From Mobula hypostoma (lineage: Eukaryota): a DNA stretch of 64,000 nucleotides. The notes beneath the pieces are model-generated. The model saw nothing but the letters and a program-made list of their open reading frames with translations, searched no databases and was not told the origin of the DNA. The position numbers were made by a program, and so were the translations under genes. Where the stretch lies: positions 15,252,001 to 15,316,000 of the forward strand of contig NC_086097.1 of the NCBI RefSeq assembly GCF_963921235.1, in the 5' to 3' direction. Below, piece after piece: positions 1 through 13,229 of this stretch (position 1 is its first letter; each line of letters starts with the position of its first letter).

Positions 1-485
1 GAGTACAAAGAAAATTTGCAAGCAAGTTGCTGGGTCTGGAGGGTCTGAGTTGTAAGGAAAGATTGAATAGGTTAAAACTTTATTCTCAAACATCAAAGAC
101 GGAAAGGAGATTTGGCAGAGGTATACAAAATTGTGAGGGGTATAGGTAGGGTAAATGCAAGCAGGCTTTTTCCACTGAGGTTGCATGATACTACATCCAG
201 AGGTTAAGGATGAAAGGTGAAACGTTTAAGGGGAACATGAGGGGATACTTTTTGACTCAGAGGGTCGTGAGAGTGTGGAACATGCTGCCAGTGCAAGGGG
301 TGCATGCAAGCTCGATTCTTTCAACGTTTAAGAGAAGTTTGGATAGATGCATGGATGGTAAGGTATGGAGAGCTATGCTCACGGTGCAGGTCGATGGAAA
401 AAGGCAGTTTAAATAGCTTGGCATGGACTAGATGGGCCGAAAGGACTGTTTCTGTGCTGTACTTTTCTGTGATGCTATGACTCTA
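1..485 (+). mobile_element. CR1 LINE 3' fragment (end of ORF2 plus 3' tail)
   Basis: Decayed ORF ...KGETFKGNMRGYFLTQRVVRVWNMLP...FKRSLDRCMD, then the CR1-type tail GGGCCGAAAGGACTGTTTCTGTGCTGTA...CTATGACTCTA. Confidence 0.9.
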
Positions 486-639
486 CATCCAAAAAACAAA
501 TGCACATAAATAAATAGACAGACAGATAAATAAACAAATAATACTGAGAACATGAGTTGTAGAGTCCTTGAAAGTAAGTCCACAGGTTGTGGAATCAGTT
601 CAGTGTTGAGATTAAATGATGTTGATGATCCTACTGCTC

Positions 640-1420
640 AATAAATTTTGCATTCTCCTTTCCTCTGTGTACACTTGAACACACCTAAAAGTCGGCTGTC
701 CCAACACTGACTCACTCCAGTTTCCATTCACCCATCACTCTTAAGGTTCCCCATTCAACCTCCGATCTGCCGGCCTCTGCCAATCAAGTCTATCCAGTTC
801 CTGTTTACGTCATCAACATTGGCTCTGCCCCAATTTGAAAGATAAAGATCTTAAAGATTGCCATTATTTGTCACGTGTACTGTACATCGACACATTGAAA
901 CACACAGCGAAATGCATCACCTGTGTCAACGAGCAACACCGTTCGAGGATATGCCGGGAACAACCTGCAAGTGGCACCATGCTTCCAGCGCCAACGTGGC
1001 ACACCTGCACCCACACCCATAATCCGTACAGTTCTGAGTTGTGGAAGGAGACCGCAGCACCCAGAGGAAACCCACAAAGTCACTAACTTGTCAACTAACC
1101 CTATCTCTTTTCATAATCAATTTAAAAGTAATAGAATTACGTTCACTGAACCAAAGTGCTCTCCCACTGACACTTCAGCCTGTTGCCCAGTCTCAGGTCC
1201 CAAAAGGAGGTCGATTGTTGCCCTCTCTCTATAGAATCAGCTTGAGAAAACTTTTTAGATACATATGAACCCTGCTCCATCTAATTCCTTAGCACCATTA
1301 CAATCCCAGTCAATATTAGTGAAATTAAAAAACAATTACTATTATAGAACTATTACTGGTACACCTGTCCACAATCTCCCTCTCTTTTTGCTCTTCTAGC
1401 TCCCATTGATTATCACAGGT
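640..1420 (-). mobile_element. Old CR1 ORF2 endonuclease-region fragment, interrupted by a SINE at about 836-1085
   Basis: Minus strand reads FNFTNIDWDC...ELDG and ATIDLLLG...VSVGEHFGS...NSITFKLIM, matching the APE endonuclease motifs GDFN..IDW and GSSDHN. Confidence 0.65.
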
Positions 1421-1581
1421 TGCTGCAGAATCTTTAAATGATAATCTGCGCTCATGCTCTTTGCTGTCTGCCTAATCCCTTTCTGTCTTGTTTTTCATAC
1501 TGTTCAATATTCCCTGTTAGAAAGCAACAACAATCTACAGTACTGCACAAAAGTCTTTGGTACATGTATATAGCTTAGGAG

Positions 1582-2045
1582 ACATAGAAACATAGAAAAT
1601 CTACGGCACAATACAGGCCCTTCGGCTCACAAAGCTGTGCCAAACATGTCCTCACCTGAGAAATTACCTAGGGTTACTCATAGCCCTCTATTTTTCTGAG
1701 CTCCAGGAGTCTCTTAAAAGACCCTATCGTATCCACCTCCACGATTGTCGCTGGCAGCCCACTCCACGCACTCACCACTCTCTGCGTAAAAAAATTACCC
1801 CTGATATCTCCTCTGTACCTACTTCCAGCACCTTAAAACGGTGCCCTCTCATGCTAGCTATTTCAACCCAGGGAAAAAGCCTCTGACTATCCACACAATC
1901 AATGTCTCTCATCATCTTATACACCTCTATCAGGTCACCTCTCATCCTCCCTCACTCCAAGGAAAAAGGGCTGAGTTCACTCAACCCATTCTCATAAGGC
2001 ATGCTCCCCAATCCAGGCAACATCCTTGTAAATCTCCTCTGGACC
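1582..2045 (-). mobile_element. 5'-truncated CR1 LINE with 8-bp TSD
   Basis: Minus ORF end RVQRRFTRMLPGLGSMPYENGLSELSPFSLE; (CATAGAAA)n tail; CTTAGGAG duplicated at 1574-1581 and 2046-2053. Confidence 0.9.
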
Positions 2046-2280
2046 CTTAGGAGCTTAAGATTTTTCCACAGTACTGTTGTAATTTTATATATTGCTCTGT
2101 ACTGAAGCTGCACAGAAAAACAAATTTCATGACATATGTGAGTGATGATAAACCTGATTCTGATATGGGTCTCTATTGTGAACTGAGAGTGGGAAGGGGG
2201 CAGGGAGAAGGGAATCATGGCTGGAAAAAGGGGAGAGTGAAGCAACAGAGGGACATTCTATAATGATCAATAAACCAATT

Positions 2281-2421
2281 TGAAACAAGAGAAAATCTGC
2301 AGATGCTGGAAATCGAAGTAATACACACAAAGTGCTGGGGGAACTCAGCAGGCCAAGCAGCATCTATGGAAAAGAATAAACAGCCGACACTTCGGGCCAA
2401 ATCCCTTCGTCAGGACTGATG
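2281..2421 (-). mobile_element. Solo Penelope-like terminal repeat with hammerhead-like motif and TSD
   Basis: Reverse complement CAGTCCTGACGAAGGGATTTGGCCCGAAGTGTCGGCTG...GATGCTGCTTGGCCTGCTGAGTTCC; AATAAACCAATT duplicated at 2269-2280 and 2422-2433. Confidence 0.8.
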
Positions 2422-4339
2422 AATAAACCAATTGTTTGGAATCAAATGACTTTGCCTGGTATCTCAGGGCTGGGTGTGTCTGCAGCCACAACACTCCCCA
2501 CCCCGGAACTCCTTCTCTGCCACCTGTTCCACACCCTTCCGTGGCGCTCCGCCCTCGCCATTCCTAGTATCCTTCACTCCCATCGGATTTGCAGACTCGC
2601 TCTCCGCTCCACATTGACAAATGCAGTACTGTGCAAAACTCTAGCACAGCACTGCATGTGGAAGATTTCATCGGCAGTTTGAGCTAGAGAGGCCCAGGAT
2701 CTATTCGTCCTGTATAAACATTTCCCTGTTCACCCTTTTAATCCTTTTGCAATTCCCTTAAAATGTGAGTCCTTTTGTTACCATCCCACTGACTGACCAG
2801 AAATAACTAAACACTACTAATAACCCTTAATACCTTCAAGGGCTTGATTAAGAGGTGACACAATAATCCTTATCAACATCACAGAAAACACTGTAACTTC
2901 TACATTCCCTTCACAGTATTAACCTGCACAGCCAACAACTGCTGCCAAAGAATTTCAACTAGCTCTTTGTATTTTGCAGTCAACATAAGAAATTCTGTGA
3001 ACACAATTGATTAACGCTTGAAAGAGAAGGGGAGATAAATTGTCTTCCTCATTCAAAACAGACATATATTACTTGAACGGTTGGGTTACACTGGGATAAA
3101 ATTTGAGTGGAATGAGTCTGAGGCATTTCACCACTCCTTGTATTGAATTATCAGACATGTAATGCAGAGAAAATTTGATCCAATTATGTCTTGCCAAACT
3201 TGCCTCAACACCCTCATCTCCACTTGACACAATCATCTTGCTGGGCTTGATCCAGACGGATACTCCCAGTCAAGAGTCTGGCTATGGAATTACTAATTTA
3301 CTGGACACCTTTACAGAGGCTCAACCACTGATCCAGAGGGACAAACTTTCAGAAGTTTCAAACGTTTGAAGTTCAAAGTAAACTTATTATCGAAGTACCT
3401 ATACTGTATTTCACCATATACTGCCTGAGCTTCATTTTGTTGCGGGCATTCACAGCAGAACAAAGAAATACAATAGAATCATCAATCAGACTGACAATGA
3501 ACCAAAGTGCAAATACAAAAAAACAAATAACAATAATGAATAAATAGTAAATAAATAATACTGAGATTGTGAACTTGAATCACACTATGCCAGCTGGGTA
3601 ATTTAATTCAAGCAATTAAATAAATTGGCAATTAAAAAACTTGTACCAGTCGAAGAAACCACAAAACTATCACTTGTTGTGAAAACACATGTAGTTCATG
3701 AATGGAACGGTGTGCAGTCTAACAGTGAGAGATTGACTTTGACGTTTTTCTTCTGATTGCAACCCTGTTGGATATTGGTAATATTGAATACTGCACGTCC
3801 TAATCACTCGTTTATTGGCGAGACCGATGGCGTGGCCTGGTTTGTAGTGTGGACTAGACCTCCTGCGGCAGTGCCACCTGTGCAGCTGCCCAGGGGAGGT
3901 GATGCCCGAGGCAGTGTGGCACGGCACCCGTGCTGGCACCTCCTGTCAGTGCTGCCCTCCAGTGTTCACTCAGTGGAAGACAAGTTGGATTGCAATTGCA
4001 GACTACTGCGGGCATCCATGGACTAGAGGACTTGGGTTAGATTATATATTTATTGTGTTTACTACTGTTCTAAATGTGCTCTGTGCTGTGTGTGACCGTT
4101 GATACTGTGTTTTGCACCTTGACCCCAGAGGAACACTCCTTCCTTTCACTGCATTCATCGGTATTTACATCTGGTTTGTTGACAATTGAACCTAGTGTGA
4201 GTCCAGACCTTACTGGAACTTGCAGTTCAACTCTTCACTGAACAAACACTCTTCCAGCAGGAGTACTCTGTTGCTTTATGCCGATTCTAGAATGATTGGC
4301 ACAGCTGGTAACTTCAGCTATTACAGTAATTATTGCAGA

Positions 4340-4620
4340 TCATAGAATCAAACACTACAGCCCAGAAACAAGTCCTTCCAACCATCTCATCCATGTTGAA
4401 CTATTAATCTGCCTAAACCCATCGACCTGCACCCAGACCATAACCCTCCATACCTTCATACCTTCCCATCCAACATTTCTCTTAAACGGCGAAGTTGTAC
4501 CCGAATCCACCACTTGTGCTCACAGCTCGTTCCACTCTCGCCAACCTCCGAGTGAAGACCTCCACTCATTTTCCCCTTAAACATTTCACCTTTCACCCTT
4601 AACCCATGACCTCTAGTCCC
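4340..4620 (-). mobile_element. CR1 3' fragment
   Basis: CATAGAATC tail and CCCCTTAAACATTTCACCTTTCACCCTTAACC, the antisense of the CR1 ORF2 end also seen at 1-485. Confidence 0.75.
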
Positions 4621-5199
4621 ATCTCTGCTAGAACCCAGATATCTGACAACTGACTACAAAGTCAAAAAGAAATTTTCTAACAGATGCAGCTGATAAGTCT
4701 GACCTGGCAATGCACCACTGAATGTTGTCCTTGTTAGTTGATAGGATTGCTGTTCTAATCAGCTTTAATAAATAACTAAGATTTCAATCCTGCTTTCACC
4801 TTTTGAACTCTTTATTAGGCTGTGTAACTCTTTCCTCGCTGATTACATGTGTGCTAACGTTAGTCAGGCAGTGGGATCTCCATTCTTCCTCAGTTCTTCT
4901 GGATGCTGGAAATTCAGTGAGAAAAGATTATTCTCGTCTTCTGCTGGCACGTCGGCAAAGTCTGCAGGTGACACTTGCAGACCTAACACTTTCGTTGTAC
5001 TGAAGGATGGTGCAGTGACGAAGCCTCAGAAAGGCAGACTCCATCATTAAGGACCCCCATCACTCAGGATGTGCTTTCTTCTTATTATTATCATCAGAGA
5101 TGAGGAACAGGAGCCTGATGATGTATCAGGAACAGCCTCTTCCCCTCCGCCATCAGATTTCTGAATGGACAATGAACAAACCCATGAACACTTGTTCGT

Positions 5200-5425
5200 T
5201 CATTCATCGTGTGCAGTGTCATATGACGTGGGCGATCATGGTCTTTGACTTCTCTTGCCAAATTTTTCTACAGAGTGGCTTGCCAATTGACTTCTTCTGG
5301 GCAGTGAGTGTCCTTACAAGATGATTGACCCCAGCCATTATCAATACTCTTCAGAGATTGTCTGCCTGGCGTCAGTGGTCGCATAACCAGGACTTGTGAT
5401 ATGCACCAGCTGCTCATACGACCAA
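5200..5425 (-). mobile_element. RTE-tailed SINE-like element, partial (other copies at about 28100-28590 and 55575-55960)
   Basis: Three similar copies in the window; the minus strand contains GCCCAGAAGAAGGCGATGGCAAACCACTTCTG, resembling RTE/BovA-type 3' tails. Confidence 0.65.
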
Positions 5426-5588
5426 GTTTCAGACCAAGACCCTTCAACAAAACCTGAAAGTTCTCAGCCTAAAATGTTGAGTGTTTATTCCTTTCTTTAG
5501 ATGCTGCCAGAGCTGTCGAGTTCCTCCAGCATGTTGTGTGTGTTGCTGTAGATTTCTAGCCTCTGCGGAATCTCTCGCATGTATGTAG

Positions 5589-5668
5589 CAGGGGTTCTCA
5601 ATCTTTTTTATGCCATGGGCTAATGGCATTAAGCAAAAGGTCCGTGGACACCAGTTTGAGAACTCCTG
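5589..5668. mobile_element. ~80-bp hAT (Charlie-like) MITE
   Basis: TIR CAGGGGTTCTCAA...TTGAGAACTCCTG; 8-bp TSD GTATGTAG/GTATGTGG. Confidence 0.85.
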
Positions 5669-5929
5669 GTATGTGGTAACATATATGTACTCTGATAATA
5701 AATTTACTTTGAACTTTGGGAGGACATGCCCAGTGTGTCTGAATAACTAAAGCACTCCATCCCCGACAACATCTTAATGAATCTCCAATGCACTCTCTCC
5801 AGCACCATTACATCCCTTCTATTTTAGTTTTAAAACTTGATGGGAATGTTGGATAAATAAGTCAGGAACAGACTTCAAAATGGCCTAAAGTTGTTTCTTA
5901 TTTTGTAAGGAAATAAAGAAAATATAAAA

Positions 5930-6185
5930 TACACACACAAATACTGGAGGAACACAGCAGATCAGGCAGCATCGACGAAAGAGAGAAAACGGTCAACGTT
6001 TTTGGGCCGGGACCCCTCATCAGGACTGGAAGGGAAGGTTGAAGAAGCCAGGAATCTGAGGGGAGAATGGATCATGTGAGAAGTGGAAGGAGGAGGAACA
6101 CCAAGGAGAAGCGATAGGCAGGTAAAGAGAAGAGGTAAGACGGGAGCCTCAGTGGAATTGAAGAAGAGGGAAGAGAGAGGAGAGA
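5930..6185 (-). mobile_element. Penelope-like 3' region and terminal repeat
   Basis: ACACACAAATACTGGAGGAACACAGCAG...CCCTCATCAGGACTG plus a purine-rich tract, antisense to 54560-54947. Confidence 0.75.
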
Positions 6186-6759
6186 ATTAAATACAAAATA
6201 TTTTGGTGCATTTTAATACAGCTTTACAATTCCTGCATTTGCCGAGTGCCTTTTCTGTCAAAAGGTAGCTCCGGTCTCACTCTGTTTAGAGCCTTATGAA
6301 AGGGTCAGTTTATTGAATCACCAGCTTCAAGCTTCCTTCAATTTTTCCCCAGATGACTCTTTCATTTGGCAGCTATTCCCTACTCCCAGATTACATGCTG
6401 GCACTTGATCCTGAACTTCTACATTATTTCTGTCGTCTACCTGTCAGTCTGCTCCAGTAGAGTTTGCATAAGGGCCATTCTCATAAGCGGTTTTACATTT
6501 TTTCTGATTGTTAAGCTGAGGGTGGGTCACCTGTATCTCCTCTGTCAGCTGAATGTCTCAGAAAAAGCTTTGTTGGTTCACCTCATGTGGAGTTCGAAGC
6601 TTTTGATGATCATCGTCGGTAGTCTTTGCATGTCTCTACATCTCCCTGCACGGTCAAACAAACTAATATATATTCACAAGTTAGTTTTTCTGCGGTCAAA
6701 ATAGTAATCCTCACTAGAGAATGTATCTAAAGCAAAATGCAAAAAGTTCAAAGTCCAAT

Positions 6760-7155
6760 TTCTTTTTCAATATTTTTATTAATTTCTTACATAAAAGAAT
6801 ACAGAGTACAGTAGGAGATATAATATATTGATTGCAATATATTGAAATCACAGATAAAGTGTAATTACCCCACATCCATATAAAATTAAATTTAAACATA
6901 ATATTGAAGAGATAATTTTATTATATAAAATATCTAAACCCACTACCAGAAAAAAAAACAGCTGTTAGGTTAAAAAAAAAGAAAGAAATCCTTAACATAT
7001 AGTAAAACATATTATTAGCCAACATCTGTGCTTCGTAGCAAATCAAAGATTTTGAAAATAGTTCAAAAAAGCTCCCCACAATGTTAAAAAATCTTGTCTA
7101 GGTTCAGAAATTGAACAGCGAATCTTCTCTAAATTTAAGCAAAACATAACATCAC
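6760..7155 (-). mobile_element. L1-clade LINE 3' end
   Basis: Minus strand reads DVMFCLNLEKIRCSISEPRQDFLTLWGAFLNYFQNL*, like the fish L1 ORF2 C-terminus (LEKIR...F...W..F), followed by an AT-rich UTR, AATAAA and an A-rich tail. Confidence 0.75.
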
Positions 7156-7179
7156 CTTCCACATGATCTCCACTGGAGG

Positions 7180-7640
7180 GGTGCTAAACTACAGGACATG
7201 TGGGAAACAGTTCACCCTCTGCTGCCTCCACTTCAGAACCAACGTCACTCCAACATCTGTTGTCAAGGCACTGTACAGAGACAATGCACACTTGGAGACC
7301 GAGCACCAAATTTTACACTAAACCTCCAGCAGACAAAAATCCTTCACACCCTTATTGGACAACTGCCTCCTGGAAATAATTATCCACACAAATCTCTGGT
7401 TAGGTTAAAGCATTTTCCATACATACAGGCCACATCTCAGGACGAGAAGACATTGATGACAGAATCCACTGCAACCCTAATCTGCCAGCACTATTCGAGA
7501 CCAAAACAACAAAATATGTTCTAACCGAGTGGCAGTGAGCTCACTCTCCTATATGGTCCGGAGACCTGGATACTTACAAGCCAGGATGACAAACCTTTTG
7601 AGGACCAAACTGGTGATCATCTCCTAAACAAAATCTTTCA
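7180..7640 (+). mobile_element. Highly decayed RTE LINE ORF fragment (continues at about 8880-9030)
   Basis: Remnant peptides HFPY...IDDRIH, TLLYGPETWIL and, further on, QANVPS...HWIGHIICTPDIRLPK (RTE consensus RW.GHV.RMPD.RLPK). Confidence 0.65.
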
Positions 7641-7808
7641 CGTGTCATGGTAATTTTGAGCAGAGATTATCATTGATTAATCGATTAGTAACAATAGTTA
7701 TGGACTTTTTAAGGAAACAGGATGAGTCCTGTTGTTTATTTACATGTATTCATTCCTTACTATTAATAAAGGTACAACAGAGGCAGATTGAAATAAATTA
7801 GACATTGT

Positions 7809-8492
7809 AGATTATTATGAGAACACTCAGTCCTCTTTTATTGTCATTTAGAAATGCATACATGAATTAAGAAATGATACAATGTTCCTCTGGAGTGATA
7901 TCACTGAAAACAGGACAAACCAAAGACTAACACTGACAGAACCACATAGTTATAACATATAGTTACAGCAGTGCAAAACAGTACCATAATTTGATGAAGA
8001 ACAAACCATGGGCATGGTAAAAATATTCTCAAAGTCCCCGAGTCGATCGACTCCCGAGTGCCCGATAGCAGGTGGCAAAAGGGAGAAAATCCCTGCCATA
8101 AACCTCCAGGCACCGTCAACTTGCCGATGCCTTGGAAGCAGCCGACCACAGCCGACACTGAGTCCGTCCATCTGAAAACTTCGAGCCTCCGTCTAGTTGC
8201 TCCGATACAGCCTCCCAAGCGCCAACCTCTGCCGAGCGCCTTCAACCTCGCCCTGGCCGCTGAAACAAGCAAAGCCGAGGATTTCGGGGCCTTCTACTCT
8301 GGAGATTCCGGTTACCACACAGTAGCAGTGGCAGCGAAGTAGTCATTTCAGAAGTTTTCCAGATGTTCCTCTGTGCTGTCACGTCTGTCTCCATCAAATC
8401 AGAATTGTGCACAGTCCCCTACTTGACAGATTACAGATATTCATCACCGGAGAGGCCGCGCGTGCTGCTGTCGCGCCGCCATCTTCTCCTCC
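7809..8492 (-). mobile_element. ~680-bp young non-autonomous LINE-like retroposon (copy 1)
   Basis: Near-identical reverse complement of 48573-49238; CpG-rich 5' end GGAGAAGATGGCGGCGCG, 3' end ATGACAATAAAAGAGGACTGAGTGTTCTCATAAT. Confidence 0.85.
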
Positions 8493-9592
8493 AATATAAA
8501 CTTGTAAACATTTATTAATATTAATCTTTTAAAAGGACGATTGAAAAGTAACATATTTTAATATAGTATTGTCATTGTACTCATTTACTATCCAAATACC
8601 AGGCCTGTGAGGATTTCAAACCACATCACCCAACGTCACATGTCCTCACAATCATTTGGTTGGTACTAAGCTGGCGTGAAGCGTTTCCTGTGAAAACATC
8701 TCACTGCTCTTGGGTTGTAAAACATCATTTGCTGCTTCATTTGGCAGTAAAGATAATTATTATGCATCTTTTTATTATGGGTGGAGTTTAAAGAATCAAG
8801 AGAGTAACCAACAAAATTTTTGCACGTGCTAACCAAGTTCTTGTTCATGCCATCTTGGCCACTCTTGCAAAGGGCACCACAAAGCATAGAGTATCAATTT
8901 TTTCTCTTCAAAATCCAGAGATTCCACTGGCAATACAGGCAAAGCAGGCTAACGTTCCCTCATTTCTGCTCATGATCAACACTGGATTGGACATATTATT
9001 TGCACACCTGACATCAGACTCCCGAAAGTTCTGTAAGGATCTTGAAATCACTTCAGGAATATCCTTTAATCCTCCTTAAAAAAAATGTAACATTCCTGCC
9101 AGTTCGTGGGAGCCCCGGGTCAGTTAGGAATGGAACATTTCGGAAGGCATGGAGCTCTATGGGTATTTTCAAGTACAAACTGCAAAAAGGACTTGCAGGG
9201 ACTCAGTCAACAACACACACCACTCTGACAGACACTCCTGCCTCACTTGGAGCACTCTACATAATGCCTTCACTGCCCTCGTCAGCCACTTCCAAACCTA
9301 CAGAAATGCAGTCAACTTTCATCCTGAGGGAATGGATACCTGAGAATAGGCCTGTGAATGTTTGAGTTAGTGCAAATGCTGTACAGTATTCATACGTGTG
9401 AGAGTGTCTGTGTGTCTGTCTATGTCTGTGTGTACATGTGTCATGCAGCATAAAAACAGGCCCACTGTTTCCACACTGACCATCTAATACTGACCACATG
9501 CTCCAGCAGTTTGTCCATCGCCTTTGATTGGTGGTTCAGCTACTGAGCTTCTGAAACGTTGTGAGAATCTCTGCTTCCACCATCCCTCAGGC

Positions 9593-9594
<2 letters not shown>

Positions 9595-9639
<45 letters not shown>

Positions 9640-9932
9640 TTGCGTATGAGTGTGAGTGAGAGTGTGTGTCCATGTGCGTTTGTGTATGAGTGTGAGTGAG
9701 AGTGTGTCCATGTGTGTTTGTGAAAGTATTTGTGTTTGTGCTGGTACATGTGTGTGCAAGCATAAGTTTGCATGTGTTTGTGTATGTGGAAATTATGTCT
9801 ATGTATGTGGACTTTGCGTGTGCGTGTGAGAGAGAGAGAGAGTAACAATGAGTAGAAGTGAGAGTCAGAGAGAGAGGGAGAGAGTGAGGGAGAGGGAAAG
9901 GGAGTGTAGAGTGAGGGACAGAGAGAGAGAGT
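9595..9932. repeat. Compound (TG)n / degenerate TG / (GA)n microsatellite
   Basis: Pure TG run at 9595-9628, then degenerate TG- and GA-rich tracts; source of the His/Thr-rich spurious ORFs. Confidence 0.95.
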
Positions 9933-10984
9933 GAAATCACTGCAGACCCCAACATGCACGTTCTAGACAAAGCTTCAAAGCCCGCATAATTTCATTGCAC
10001 AGCCTCGGCTCTGCTGGAATAAGGCTTGGCTGATGTAGTCATATTCAAAAGCACTCTGTCAATATTCAAATCTGTGGGCAGCCTGACGCTGTCAAAATCA
10101 TTTAGCTGTTAATGATGTCGTGTACAAGGAACACCCACTGGGTTCACAGCACAAAGCGTGGGAATGATCTGAGTGTTTCGAAAGGGAAGATGGTTGAAAA
10201 GATCTGCGTGGGACAAGGGGTCACTGCATAATGTGCTGACAGTCACGAGGCTGGGGAGAGGAGAGGTAACAGAGATCTCTACCAGTGAGTGCACAGAGTC
10301 ACAAACTTGAGTCCCAGGAGAGAGTCACTTCGAATGCAATCGACACAGAGTAAAGGCAGAAGTCCTGAGGAGTTACTGGAGCCTTAGGTCCCACACCACC
10401 AGGTTCAGGAACAGTTATTAACCTTCATCCATGTGAATCACAATCTATGGGCTCACTTTCAAGGACTCTACAACTCATTTTCTCAGTATTATTTATTTAC
10501 TTATTTTTTTCATACTTACACAGTTTTATCTTCTTTTGCACATTGTTTGTCTTTGTGTAAATCTTTTCATTGATCCTATCGTATTCTTTGTTCTACTGTA
10601 AATGCTTGCAAGTAAACGAATCTCAGGGTAATATATACCCATCGGATCTCAGCCTGAAACATCGACTGTTTATTCATTTCCATAGATGCTACCCAACCCG
10701 CTGACTTCCTCCAGTATTTTGTGTGTGCTGTTTTGGATTTCCAGCAACCTTTTCGTGTTTCTGCTAAACCTAAATGGTCTCCCATGCTCTGAGCTGATGT
10801 TAACTTTATATTTTCCCTTTCTAATTTCTCTTTACCAATAGTACTTTTGATTTCAGGACTTATCTGGTGTTACCACATCAGGTGGTTTGGAGTTGTAGAA
10901 GGGCCAGATGGTACATTTCCTTCAGTAAAGAGCATTTGCCACAGTCATGGTCATAGACTCATAACAGTGTGATCATTCAAACGA

Positions 10985-11348
10985 GTATGATGTTCTCCCA
11001 GGGGGTTATTCCCTTAATGGAGAATGCCTGTGCATGACTGAGTTTCACGTGGGGAGGCTGATGCACGGGCAGCCACCACACAGTCCTTGGCAGATCGGGG
11101 TCAGGTCCAGTGGCATGGAATGCAAGATGACTTGAAGGCCCTTCACTGCTGCCGGCTTCCTCTGCTTCAACTACCATTGTGATGCACCATCATCTTCTGC
11201 CAGCTCCACCGTTGGATCGCTCTTTATCTAAAACCTCCCTTATGCACTTGCCGCCACAGGTGACCCTACCAGGAGCTAAGCTCCAGATGGTATTGCTCTT
11301 GGGACCTTATGGACTCACAAGCCCCACCACCATGAAAAGATGGTGACA
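10985..11348 (-). mobile_element. RTE (Expander-like) 5'-UTR-derived fragment (related piece at about 47280-47545)
   Basis: Minus strand GTGGTGGGGCTTGTGAGTCC...TCTGGAGCTTAGCTCCTGGTAGGGTCACC resembles RTE 5' ends; shares TTAATGGAGAATG and GGGGTCAGGTCCAGTGGCAT with the 47.4-kb copy. Confidence 0.55.
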
Positions 11349-11446
11349 TGGTCATACAGCATGCAATCAGGCTCCTCAGCCTAACTCATCCAGGTTGACC
11401 AAGTAACTTGTCCCATTTCCTACATTTGGCCCACTGCCCTCTAAAT

Positions 11447-11525
11447 CATGGTTCCCAACCCAGCGTCCATGAACCCCTTGCTTAATGGTATTGGTCCATG
11501 GCATAAAAAAGGGTGGGAACCCCTG
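11447..11525. mobile_element. ~80-bp hAT MITE nested in a CR1 fragment (about 11350-11700, minus)
   Basis: CATGGTTCCCAACCC...GGGTGGGAACCCCTG; degenerate 8-bp TSD CTCTAAAT/CACTAAAC. Confidence 0.8.
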
Positions 11526-12597
11526 CACTAAACGTTTCCTTTCCATGAACCTGTCCACATGTCTTTTAAACAGGATAATTGTACCTTTCTCTACAGCTTC
11601 TTCTGACAGCTTGTTCCACTTTATACTCACCATCCAAATTTCCCCATATCCCCTTTGATCTTTCCCCACTCAGCTTTACCTATGCCCTGTAACTTTAGCA
11701 AGGAATATTGGTGAGAAGTTTAACTTTGTCACAAACAACTCTGACCCTTTGGAAAAGTCTTGTCGCTGTACTAAAGACCTGAGGTTAGCAAAAAACCTTT
11801 TGGGCCCTGAAAAGTGAACATCTATCACAGCCCTCCTCTCTGACATAGCCCTCCATTTCTATATAACATACATATCGAACTCTCTTATCCTTAGCTTCAC
11901 AATTACTTTTTTTTTATCACCACATTTAACAATTTGTTTTGGTGAATTTCCTCTCCTGAACCCTATTCCTCTTACACTCAAATACTTTTTATTCACTCAC
12001 AGGTTTGCTTGGCCCCTTCAGTGTTATTTCCTTTCAAGGATTGAAAGCCCATACTGGCCAAACAAGGTAAGGATTGAAGCTTCTCTTTCCCAACGATCCA
12101 AATGATCTTTAAATGAAAATCCAGTTACTTGCATGACCACTATTACTTTGATAACCTATTTAAATTCTCATTTTTTAAAATTTAAATTCCAGGACAGTAG
12201 TACTGGGGTTTGCCTTCATCTCTGGATTCATGGGTCTCCACAACTCTGAAGCACAGTCCAGTAATGTAACCCCTTTGCTGTTCGACCAGAACTAATTGGA
12301 CCTTTGCTTTTCAGCTGAAGGTCTCTTTTATTGCCAACCGCACATCATCTTGGTGTCTGACACATTCCTCTGTCTAAGAACTTGAGAGAAATTGCAGATT
12401 CCCTGCCGTGATGCCATTTTCCAGACTTCTCTGTGACATTCCCTCATTGTACGTAAATGACACCTCTCCATTTCACACCACTCCATGCATCCCACGCCAC
12501 ACTAACTCCTGCCTCTTGCTTCCATCTTGATCCAGTACTTTGGAACCTCTTTGCTCACAAACACTTCTGATCAAACAGATTCTTACTCGCTCTGAAA

Positions 12598-12677
12598 CAG
12601 GTGCTCCCATCCCCGGGTCCATGGACCCCTCGATTAATGGTATTGGTGCATAGCATAAAGAAGATTGGGAAACACTG
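12598..12677. mobile_element. ~80-bp hAT MITE (diverged copy)
   Basis: Same interior (GTCCATGGACCCC...TAATGGTATTGG...GCATAAA) and CAG...CTG ends as the other copies. Confidence 0.7.
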
Positions 12678-13229
12678 ATCTAAAGGAAGAAAAGGCTCGG
12701 ATGTAAGATCAATGTTTCCACCCCTCCTCCTTTGCCTTCACAGTGGAAATCTTCATTGCAATAATTCATACCACTCCTATCGCCTCTTGATATATTACCC
12801 CCATTACTACACTTTAAACTACTTCTTATAATGCTGTTTACACTGTAAATACACACTGGTATTTAGGTATTTATGTACATTTTGTTCCATATCCATATTT
12901 TAACATCTAACTTTATATTTCATGCCATTCTTTATAATTGTTGACTGTTATTGCTACATAAAGCTACACCTGGCTTACCAATGGCCTTTGAGTGTTATGG
13001 ACGGACTATCAAAGTCACTTGTTGCATGTAAACATGGGAATTTATTTTTAATTAAGCCGTACCACATGCATTGTAAATATCTGTTTTGCACAGACTGGAG
13101 TAGCATCGCAGTCTCGTCCTACGAAACGACAGGGAAGTTCTATTCTATTCTATTTTTGTTGTATGTCACACCAACACACCACAGTATATGGTCCTCGAAG
13201 CCCTCTGCGAACCTTTCATTTAATATATG

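Larger units (their letters stand above)
1538..2654. mobile_element. Composite non-autonomous Tc1/mariner-like element with palindromic terminal units (copy 1), carrying nested CR1 and Penelope-LTR insertions
   Basis: TA|CAGTACTGCACAAAAGTCTT...AAGATTTTTCCACAGTACTG at the left, CAGTACTGTGCAAAA...GCACAGCACTG at the right; the interior matches 58604-58969 in reverse orientation. Confidence 0.7.

Noticed and set aside
6240..6650. Possible minus-strand coding exon in unique-looking sequence
   Set aside because: Stops in all three frames shortly after the putative acceptor, and no recognisable peptide.
9484..9970. His/Thr-rich ORFs
   Set aside because: Translations of the TG/GA microsatellite.
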